A stretch of 62,979 bases of DNA, the filler included, from Choristocarpus tenellus KU-1152 (Eukaryota; Protista; Phaeophyceae), in assembly GCA_964200185.2 (NCBI GenBank). It is 8 parts of 8 records of this genome, joined end to end, with 100 filler letters (N's around TTAATTAATTAA, not from the genome) between each part and the next. Parts side by side here need not be neighbours in the genome. Positions count along the whole stretch, not along the records: positions 32,250 to 40,327 come from CAXNAD020005187.1; positions 40,428 to 44,745 come from CAXNAD020015138.1; positions 44,846 to 48,286 come from CAXNAD020020003.1; positions 48,387 to 58,027 come from CAXNAD020003511.1; 4 more parts are not named here. The stretch is one strand, 5' to 3'. Under the pieces are notes generated by a model. That model did no database searches. It saw only the letters and a program-made list of their open reading frames with translations, and was not told the DNA's origin. Positions within the stretch are counted from its first letter, which is position 1. Each line of letters begins with the position of its first letter. Positions 38,011 to 48,745 of the stretch are shown piece by piece. The translations under genes were made by a program, and so were the position numbers.

Positions 38011-38539
38011 ACGTAAATGTCGATACTGTACAGTATTTTGTTATTTTTTGTTATTTATATATAGTATTGAAAATACTCCACCAATTCAAAATCTTGAGTC
38101 CTTACAAATAAGGCGGTGTAAGATAACACCCAATAGGGTTTTGGCTGTGTATAAAAGGTCCCAATAATCACTTACATTTATTTGCCATTCTGCTTGTACC
38201 ATCTAACATGGTTTTCCTAAGGGGTGTGTAATTTCCCGTTGGGATGACTTGAAAAAGTTGAGTGTTAATTGCCGTGTGAGTCCTGGTAGCTTACAGCAGG
38301 TTTAGGCTGGGATAGGAGAGGGTGGCACTTGATAACAGTGTACTATATCTTGACCTCAAGGGTGAACCCCCCCCTCTTCGTTCTGCCCCTATCATCACGG
38401 TTCTCCATCTTTTCAGTTACTTGGAGTGATCGTGGGGATCTTGAACCTTTACCAACGCAAAATTTGTGCAGTGGACAAGAACGGGAGATATTAACGTGGG
38501 ATCTATACTGGTGGTGAATAGACTGGTGGACTGGAAGCT

Positions 38540-39158
38540 ATGCCATGTGAAGGAGACAATCTTTTGCCGCTGCCTGATGTAGGGCTGAGCCGGAGGAGAC
38601 CACGACAACCTTCTTTGTCAACATTTCCACGCAAGGCTGCCCTGACAGCAGGCATGGTAGTCGTAATGTCTGCCGTTGGAACACTTGTGTTCAGGTCTTC
38701 TCATAGAGGCGTTGAGATACCGGACTCTCCGGTGAACACCCCAGTTGACATGTCCGAGGTAGGCGATGAAGACTTGTTGCGATCGAGGGGGAGGGAATAC
38801 GTGACGGATTTCCCATACCAAGAACTCGATACTTCTAGACTGTACGGCAAGGCAGTAGACAATCTGGAGAATCGAAAACCGAACGTGATCTTCATCTTGG
38901 TGGATGACATGGGTTGGAACGACATGGGGTACCAAAGCACAGATTTGGCAAAACTCACTCCCAACCTCGATGCCATGGCCGCGAGAGGGGTGAAGTTGGG
39001 CAACTACTACTCGAACAACCTTTGCACACCTTCAAGGGTGAGAGAATTGTTGCCCTACTTTAGAAAGTCGCATGTGTGCACCGCCTTGATGAATACCTTC
39101 CCGTCGTTGATGTCTGTAAGATAGGTTATTTTCTCGATTATCCCGACATATAATTTGT

Positions 39159-39214
<56 letters not shown>

Positions 39215-39889
39215 CCTCTCTCTCTCTCCCTCCCCACTCTTATCCCCCTATCCAAGGCATCGCTGATGACAGGCCGGCATACCTTTCGATATGGCATGCC
39301 CCAGAACGTAATCGAAAGCACTGCTCCATGGGGTCTCTCCCTTGATGAGAAAACCTTGGCAGATCGATTCCTAGAGGGAGGCTATGACACCCATATGGTA
39401 TTCCATCGCAAACGTCGTTGCGATTCGTCGCAATTGTGACCAGGATTCTACATACACGCCAACCGCTCTTGCTTCGTGCCCTTTGGAAGTACTTATCATG
39501 GCCTTTCTCCCATGTCCAACTCTCTCTACCCAGAATGCTCTGTAGAAACCATTTTGAAAAACCCCAAATCGAACCTAAAACACTAAGCATGAGCTTTCAA
39601 CACGCACCTTCACTGTTCACGCCTACAAATAAAACACACCCTTCTTATCGATCCAATTGTACACCCCCCGCTCCGCCAACCCCTGACGTTCCATGCCCAT
39701 TTCTTTCCTGTTGTGACGATTGCTGGGGGTGGAATGCATTCATATACTGCGCAACCAATGTCCATTCAACCACAAGGTGGGAAAGTGGCACCTGGGCTTC
39801 TACAAGGAGAGTCATCACCCAGTCAGGCGGGGGTTCAATTCGTTCCTCGGGTATCTTGCAGGGGGGGAGACTTACACCTCCCATGGATG
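38540..39889 (+). CDS. Formylglycine-dependent (Cys-type, S1 family, arylsulfatase-B-like) sulfatase, 5' exons only
   Basis: Exons 38540-39037, 39257-39397, 39777-39889 splice to KPNVIFILVDDMGWND...LCTPSRASLMTGR...GYDTHMVGKWHLG...RGFNSFLGY, i.e. the CxPxR signature and GKWHLG motif. A tentative further exon lies near 40056-40120. The gene runs into a contig spacer. Confidence 0.93.
39160..39230. repeat. (CT)n microsatellite forming the polypyrimidine tract of sulfatase intron 1
   Basis: Direct observation, ending ~27 nt before the acceptor at 39256. Confidence 0.9.
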
Positions 39890-40483
39890 GTGCGTCAAGG
39901 GATGTGGCGTTAGGGATGGGAGTAGAGCGGGGGGTACCGAGTCGAGTTAGGGTCAAGTTGATCTCGTAGTTGAACTTGTCGACAGGAATTGTCACCAATG
40001 TGTTGAAACACCGCCTGTGCTGGTGGACACGTGCACATCCCAATTTGCCGCCCGAGGTTGTTTTTAAGAAAGTTTGACACACAGGGTTTTTTAGATTATA
40101 TGACGCCTGGAACGCTGTCGGTAGGTACACCGTGCAAACTCGCAAAGAACAAAAAAAAAACTTTTTTTTTGGGAAACATTAACGAGAAGAAGAAACGTTT
40201 TTTTTTTTTTTATGTAGTATTTTCCTCGGGAGCGGGGAGTATTACTGTATTAACCAAGGTGCACACACACGATACACGCATTAAAAAAAAAATGCTATTT
40301 TACATTGTGGTAAAAAGTTACGGGACGNNNNNNNNNNNNNNNNNNNNNNNNNNNNNNNNNNNNNNNNNNNNTTAATTAATTAANNNNNNNNNNNNNNNNN
40401 NNNNNNNNNNNNNNNNNNNNNNNNNNNGTGTGCCCTTCCGACCCCCCCCCCCAACCCCCCCCCCCCCCCCCAAGATACTTTGA

Positions 40484-41680
40484 CCCGATTGTGATAAGAC
40501 ATCGAGACCAGTTCCTTTCTTTATATGACGATAATGACGATAATCCAAGTGAGAGATCCAGCATACTTGACGACTTGTGCATCAGGAGTCCTATACGTAC
40601 ATCGGCATCATCTATACGACCGTGGATTGGAGCTATACATCCTGGGGAGGTAAGTTTTCTGGGGCGCCTGTAACATGCTCCCCAGCGTGAGTTAGGAATA
40701 CATGTTTCACGCTTACCACAGGTAATTATCACGGGTCAGGACAATAAATATCATCTATCACCTCGAATCGTGCTGCAGCAGCATGTATTGATTGCCACAT
40801 GGCGACATAGGGACTCCAGTTCCGACTCTGTTCCGACTCCGTTCCCACTCTGCCAGCTTTTTTTGCGACCTAGGGACTCCAGTTCCGACTCTGTTCCGAC
40901 TCTGTTCCGACTCTGTTCCGACTCTGTTCCCACTCTGTTCCCACTCTGCCAGTTTTGTTGCAACCTAGAGACTCCAGTTCCGACTCCGTTCCGACTCTGT
41001 TCCGACTCTGTTCCGACTCTGTTCCCACTCTACCAGTTTTGTTGCAACCTAGAGACTCCAGTTCCGACTCCGTTCCCACTCTGCCAGTTTCTTGCGACCT
41101 AGGGACCCAGTTCCGACTAAACCTGTGGGATAAAAGGACAATGTGATAAACGAAAAAAAGATCGGGAATGTGAGAATATGAATGGCGAGGAAGAACTACC
41201 TAGGCAAAGTCTATACCATGGCGGTCAGAGACCACTCATTTTATGACTATAGGCAAGTGATGTGGCAATCAGAGGCAACTCGTTTTACGTCTAGAGAGGG
41301 GTGATTCCCTCAGAGCCACAGAAGCCCACAGACCGATGAAGACGCCAAGTCCAGGGAGGGAATCCCGTAGACGACAAATGAAGACCACAAACCCAGGTGG
41401 AACAAGAAAATGATCTAGGTAGAACAAGAAACAATCCAGGTAGAACAAGCAAGGACCTCCATTAGACCTCCAGTCTCGGTTAGACCTCCATGTTACAGGC
41501 TCCCCAGAAAGCTTACCTCCCCAGGATGTATAGCTCCAATCCAGGGGCCTATAGATGATGCCGATGTACATATAGGACTCCTGATGCACAAGTCGTCAAA
41601 TATGCTGGATCTCTCACTTGGATTATCGTAAAAATAATCATATAAAAAGGAACTGGTCTTGATGTCTTATCTCAATCGGG
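40484..41680. mobile_element. Foldback element with ~193-bp terminal inverted repeats
   Basis: 40484-40677 is the reverse complement of 41489-41680 with high identity. Confidence 0.85.
40808..41120. repeat. Higher-order minisatellite of 11-bp units (CTCTGTTCCGA) within five larger units
   Basis: Units start TAG(G/A)GACTCCAGTTCCGACT at ~40808, 40871, 40966, 41050, 41100. Confidence 0.9.
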
Positions 41681-42749
41681 GACTATAATGACCAAATAAT
41701 AAATAAATAATCAAGAAGTACAAATATATCAAATCTAGAACTTCAATATCATAATGGTGTTTATGAAACCGCCATCAAGACATATCGCCTGTGACGGACA
41801 ACCTGCATTATGGATGGTAGGGGCATTGGCGGGTTCAGCAGGAAGGGAGTGATGGAGGCAAGCCTGCAACAGGTAGGTCGTCATGCCCGTCCGTAACAAC
41901 ACTAGTGGCGATATCAAGAAGCATCATGCCCCTTTACAACTAACTGGAGAACACCTGGATAGTGGTTTAAGCATGACCCCAAAAGGTCCTAAATATAAAC
42001 ACTGTAATAAACTACTCCGAAATATTATTGTTCCTGGTGTATGATGTATAGGGAGTTCTTTCTTTCCCTGCTGTTATTTTCCAGAAGAAGTTATGAGAAG
42101 GGGGACAACAGCAACACAAGAAGGCAGAGAATACAACAAACGCAACAACAGAGTATGTACTGTGCTATTATTGAGCTAGCCCTTACAGTAGACCACCAAC
42201 TGCAGTTAGTTGAAGTACATACGAAACAAGAAACTAACTCTATCCACACAAAGAACCCCTACGAAGAAAAGTACAAATTCTACTGAGTTATATTAACTGT
42301 TTTGTACATCGCTCTCTTTCTTGCCCCCCCCATAATCTCTATCTGCGAAATGTTAGATAATATGAATAAATTCGTATCTTTGAATAGTGATTGGTCATTT
42401 CCCTTCCTATGCGTATGTGTACTCCAGTTATGACTAATACTTCAAGACGCCTTACTGTTGTTTTTTTTACCAGTAATTTCTTTTCTTGGTGGGTTCCAAG
42501 AAGGCCTTCATACCAGGGTGCTCAGTGACCTTGTTCAGTTGTTCGATTGGTAAAACCTCTTGGTTTTAGACTACCACCGTCAGGTTTTAACCCTCACGAA
42601 GTGTTTTATTGAAAAAAAAGTAGATCAAAGATAACCATAGTTCAGAACGGTGTTAGCAGGGACAAATCCTTCGATGATGAATCAGACTGACAGTTACAAA
42701 ACCGTTGAAAGGACCCAACTACAAAGTTTTTTCCATCGTTTCATTAGTT

Positions 42750-43400
42750 CAGTGATCGCAGGATAGTAGCAGGTGACTCGAGCAGCAGTGTTTGCGAATA
42801 GAGCGCAGAGTAGTAGAAGTGGTGGTTGGCAAGGCCTAAACGCAAACGGGTTCCGACGGCCTCGCCTGTTGACTGCCCACAGAATCCTGATGAGTACCTT
42901 TTTTTGATCAACGATCAAATTTAAATTGGTAGAGCGCACAGTTGCGGTCACATGACGGTCGGAAGATAAATGCACCGCGTGTATTGTGACCCTTTAAACA
43001 GCGCAGTAGTCGCAGGATACCAGCAGGTGACAAGGGGGAGCAACACTTTGAAACAGAGCACGCAGTGGTTCCTTCTCCAAATATTGAAAGAATCCAGAAC
43101 CGTTCCGTGACTCATCACCAGTTCATGGCCTGCAGGCACACAGAACAGCGACTTGAGCAGCAATGTTTGCAGTAGAGCACGCATTGGCAGTTACGAAACG
43201 GTTCTTTCGCTGAAGAGATCGGCACACCGAGTCTTTGTCCCACACACGCCCATGCGCTATTGATATATAAGACGGTTTGGTCGAGAGAGAGAGAGTTGAT
43301 GGGAAACATCTTCCGATACCACAACAACTGTATCTGGAAGTATGTTCCTTCTAAACCAGAGGGCTTTAAACATGATCAGCCGGTGGGTTCCACTCACGAT
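42750..43400 (-). mobile_element. Possible decayed piggyBac-like transposase C-terminus with Cys-rich repeats
   Basis: GLEGTY..LWYRKMF..NSAW followed by three degenerate CVL..C segments; recalled resemblance only. Confidence 0.3.
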
Positions 43401-43472
43401 AAGGTGTATTGGACCCACATAAACTCAACATCAGTCAAGTGGTTGGTTACGATTTTTTTGACCAGATGATGA

Positions 43473-43822
43473 GACTCAAAGTATCTGGGGGGGGGGGTCT
43501 ACTCCATTCGGATCCTGACCAGACCCAAACTATCTGGGGGAGGTGGAGGGGTCTACACCAGGGTGTCCATTTGGGCTATAACCAGGAAAAGTGCAATTAC
43601 ATTATCCATCTGACGTATGCAACCAAATCACTCAAAAATTGCAACATAAAAAAATTGGACCCAAATGGACACCCGCCACCCCCCTCAAATACTTTGAGTC
43701 CCAGGAGAAGTGCACTTACATTATCCGTCTGACGAACGCAACCAAATTCACCTAAAAATCGCGACATGGAAAAATGGGCCCTGAATGGACAGCCGCCTCG
43801 CCCCCCCCAGATACTTTGAGCC
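43473..43822 (+). mobile_element. MITE A with a second MITE A (43522-43700) nested inside
   Basis: Outer TSD TGA/TGA; inner TSD CCA/CCA. Confidence 0.9.
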
Positions 43823-44573
43823 TGAGCCTTGTATACCTTACCGCCACATTCTGCTCCGGGAAATAATACGGCATTCATCCTCCATACGCATAGCACCTGC
43901 TGCTGCTGAAAACCCAAGTATACCAGTGACACACTGATTTGGACGACTGTGTTGTTTGAATCCCTCAGAGATTGGGCAGAAGGTGTGGCGACAGCATCCC
44001 TTCAAAATCGGCAGTCCTGCCACTGCCATGCAGTTTAGGTCAAAACATCCTAGAGAGGGGCACGGTCGTTGTTTTTGGGTTCTCTGTGACTCTTTTCTGA
44101 TTTGTATCTTCACATCCCTGCATCCTCCAACCCAATGACATAACTTCCATCCACAGGGTATTTCTTCTACATCCACAGACTCCTGATCGGGGTAGCCTTA
44201 AGTTGGATAATGAAAATGGAATGTCAGGCATAACATTTATATGCAAAACGGAAACTTTGTCTTCTTTCCCCGGACTTTTTCCATACATCCCAGTCAATTT
44301 TCTTGCCACCAGAAAAAGAGCAGATATTTCCTCTGGTTCAACCTTGGTTGTATACAGCCTGATCGCAACAAAAAGTCTGACTGCAACAAATCATAGTCGA
44401 CATTACGATTTGTTGTTCAAAATCCAATGCAAAGAACCTAGAAACCATGTCATCCAAATGGCAGCTCAAGGTTAAGAAAATATAATAGTAGCTGATGCAC
44501 CTCAGGACCACAAATACAGACACAAAAATGGGTACCAGACCAATGCCCCAGCTTGCCATTGACCCTGCCCAAG

Positions 44574-44745
44574 GGCTCAAAGTATCTGGGGGGTGTGGCG
44601 GCTGTCCATTTGGGACCATTTTTTTTATGTCACGATTTTGGGTGATTTGGTCCCATTCCTTGGATGTATAAGACCCAAAGTATCTGGGAGGGGGGGGGGG
44701 GGGGGGCACCCCAAGGGGTCCATGTGGGGAAAAATAGGGAGAGGG
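44574..44745 (-). mobile_element. MITE A partial, interrupted by another MITE A end at ~44672, at a contig end
   Basis: Two AAAGTATCTGGG termini within 100 bp. Confidence 0.75.
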
Positions 44746-46454
44746 NNNNNNNNNNNNNNNNNNNNNNNNNNNNNNNNNNNNNNNNNNNNTTAATTAATTA
44801 ANNNNNNNNNNNNNNNNNNNNNNNNNNNNNNNNNNNNNNNNNNNNGGGACGAGAAGTCATGTAGGATGTGGGTGGATGGATACGTAAAAGGACTAGTACT
44901 GCAATGTAGAGGGTTGACAAAAAAACACACACACACACAAAAAGGTAAAGGGGATTAAGAATGCAGGGGATTGGTGGCACAGTCAAACAGAGGAGGACCA
45001 GGGGAATAAATGATCTTTGAAAATGGAAAACAGAAGGAAAAGCACAGTAACAAATCAAGGACAAAAAAATTAGTCCAACTAGGCAATGCAGATGCCATAA
45101 TTGTAGCTAGCATAAACAATCAAAACTGAGATGAACTGAGGTTGAATACGAGTACAGGTACACTGTGAGATTTGACTACAAATATCCAAACACAGGGCAG
45201 GGCAGGGCAGGGCAGGGAAGACAGACAGGAAGGCAGGCACACGGACACACCAACCAACCCTAAAGGCAGACACACAAACCAACACACACAACGCACGCAG
45301 CAAACCTACTGACAGAGTGCACACCATGAATAGCACCAAGAACTTCCACATACACCATCAAGAGTATAGGCATTAGTCTTGCCATACCGCCGACTACACC
45401 AAAACCATTATTATTCTTGACGAGAAAAAAAAAAATTAAAAAAAAATGTTCTGAATTATTATTCTCATCGCTACCCTCAAGTTTTATTCTGAGCAGAGTA
45501 CCATAAAAAAAAAGTATCAAAAATTTAGAGGTTATTTTCTTCGATGTTATCTTATCTCAGGGAGAAATCTTGTTAAGCCCACAAGTTTACATCAAAAAAA
45601 TAAAATATCCAAACAATCACACACTATAAAACCACCTCTACCACACCATACTGTGAAGATGTCATCACAGTAGCAGTTGACCACGCAAGCCCCCTCCATC
45701 AGAGGCAACCGACCGTGCCGTTTAGGAAAACATCCTCCTGACAACAAGAACTATACACCTGGAGGGCTATATACTTAATTCTATAAATATCTAACAGTCG
45801 AAAAGAACATCTATCCTAATGTTTCCATCAGATAAACCGATCAAGGTCAGATCTAATTACTTCTTCTTTTCATGGTTCTTACTTTTAGATGCACTCACCT
45901 CACACTCACATACACATACACATTGGGAACAAAAACATTTTTCTTTTTATCCACTCTCATACACTACACGCATAACACACAACCTTACACAAGAAAAAAA
46001 AAAACAATCACCAGAAATGCGTTGACTCTTTAACCTCCATAGGAGCAGCTCTACAACAAATTCGTAGTGCATCCTGTAGTGCCCCCAGAACTGCTACGAC
46101 AGCATGCGACAATACTCCTAACCTTAACCCAAGAGGAGCGATAACCAGGTCTGTCAGCCAGAAATCTCATGAGCCCATGGTAGTAAGGTCCAGTCAACGG
46201 TAGACGTCGCTGTTGATAAGTACTTCACATCATCCAGACCATAAAAAGCCACCTCAAGTATACCAAAACGTTAAAGGCGTGTGTTGTTCACATTGCCCAA
46301 GCAAGTTACCCACGGTGCATTGTTCAGCACAGGCAGAGCTAGCTCTCTTGCGAGGCGACTCTCCTGATTACAGGGTCTGGACAGAGCAATGCATAGTGTG
46401 TATACTGTGCACATCTAACAACAACAATGATAATAATATAATAATAATAACAAT

Positions 46455-46735
46455 AATAATGTAGTAATAACAACAATAATTATATATAATAATCATTATA
46501 AAAATAATAATAACAGTAATCATATAATGATCATTATAAAAACAATAATAAAGTAGTAATAACAACAATAATCATATAATAATCATTATAAAAATAATAA
46601 TAACAGTAATCATATAATGATCATTATAAAAACAATAATAATGTAGTAATAACAACAATAATCATATAATAATCATTATAAAAATAATAATAACAACAGT
46701 AATCATATAATGATCATTATAAAAACAATAATGAT
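46455..46735. repeat. AT-rich ~91-bp tandem repeat, ~3 copies
   Basis: GTAGTAATAACAACAATAAT at 46461, 46553, 46643. Confidence 0.88.
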
Positions 46736-48745
46736 CAGGGCTTTTCATTGCTCCAGCTAGATCGCGTAGCCTAGGTCTGGGGTTAGCACACATTTGTGAG
46801 AACATACTGGTACCCATCAGTTAACAGGCCATACCGTGGATTGGCACTATCAGAACAATATCGCTACTGAGCCCTGCCTGAGGCACGGTCATCCTCAAAG
46901 AGTTAAATGAACATGGATTTTGCTAAAAAAAAAAAGGTACCTAAACTGGTCCTGATCCGTCAAAATAGGTGAGAGAGCTGTCCAATCAAATAAAATACAA
47001 AAATATCCCCCAAATACTTGTGGGAATGATCACGATCTTTAAGTGGGTCCTTCAGCAACACCCCATCCACTCTTTGAGTCAGAACAAACAAGAACAAAGA
47101 TTGAACCATGTTATCCACGTACCATCTGTACCTTAATTCGACAGCAATCGAGCCAGTCTAACCCAGCCATAGCATCTAAATATATACTTATTCAGGTCCA
47201 GTCATGTTAAAAAAAAAAAGGTACTCAACCTGCCCTGTCCGCAGATTAAATTCGAAAACATGTTCTCAACTTGGTGGACCTGCTTCAAATGTGTCAGGAA
47301 ATATTGGAACCTGTCCAGCCCTCAGGACTGGACAGGTTCTAATATGTAGCAAAATCTGATCTAGGCATTCAGAAAATGTTCAGACCAGTCCGGTCCATGG
47401 TCCCGTCCCTTCATATCAATTTGTTTGGTCTGACAAAATTCCTTACATAATTAAAAAACGTCAGCCCTCTCCATGTACCAACATTTTCAGCCTGTTTTGT
47501 CTCGAGAGGTCCTTGTTTTGAACCCAAGACAGACTACAAAGAATACAAAACAAAACAGCAGTTCAACCAAACTCAGACTCAAACCAAAATTGATATCCAT
47601 ACAATTTCTTCAAAAAGATCATCAGATACAGAACCTTGGAACTAGTAAATGTCTACTCAACATAAATCATGTTTCAACACTCATCAACCGGTGACTAGTT
47701 CTTGAAACCTTTTCATTGGTACACAATACACTCTTGCCCCTTCTAATCCGGGATCACTTTTAAAACAAGACATTTTACTTCTTCATCTATACCATCTTAT
47801 GAGAAATCAACACCAGAAAAATTGCACAAGCTCTGTAGCCCCATATACCAGCTCTGTAGTACCACAAAACTCCTATTGAATACACTACAAACAAAAAAAG
47901 GTCTGTCAGGCAGAAATCTCATGAGTCCATGGGTCAACATCCAACCAGCGTTGGACGTCACCTGTTTTCAAATTTGTAATCATCCAGACCTTCAAAACAC
48001 CACCTTCAAAGTACTTAGAGCTTCATAGCCCTATCACCACTCTCCAGGTTACTTTAGGCAGGATATCACTGCAGAGTCAACAAACACCCCTACTGTCGAG
48101 TTGTACTCAACCCATCATCTTTTTGCCTCTTACACCTCAACAAATTCCATCACACCCAAATCCTCACATAATCCCTAACCCTAACCTCTCCTACGTGAAC
48201 CTGTTGCTCCCCCCCCCCCCCCCCCCCCCCAACCCCAAAAAAAAGGGGTTCTTGTGCCCTCCCCCCCACAAACCCCACCCGCTAAANNNNNNNNNNNNNN
48301 NNNNNNNNNNNNNNNNNNNNNNNNNNNNNNTTAATTAATTAANNNNNNNNNNNNNNNNNNNNNNNNNNNNNNNNNNNNNNNNNNNNATGACACCTTCAAT
48401 GTGTGCAAACTGGTGTTCAAGTGTGGGGGGGGGTTTCTTCGGTCTTCAGAATGGTCAACAGTGAGTAGTTCCAAAGGAGTCGACTTCTCCTGAGTTAAGG
48501 AGGCACAATGGTCTTTCTGATTACAGACAATATGGATACCGATGATGTTGGCAGTTCAGCCCACAATTTAAACAGTACAATGCAACACTACAGCTCATAA
48601 CACAAGTGGAAAGAACCCAAGGAGTGTAGAAGTGTCGGAGTCCGGTGCCTGTATCCCGTTAGTCCACAGGGTAGCTGTCGGAAATAACAAGCATGTCTGG
48701 ACCAGTAACAACAGGACATGAAACAAATGTCACTCTTCTGTTCAG

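Noticed and set aside
40808-41120. CRISPR-like array
   Set aside because: No unique spacers, no cas genes, eukaryotic context; it is a nested minisatellite
43850-44470. Overlapping short ORFs between MITEs
   Set aside because: No recognisable protein motifs; likely a decayed repeat
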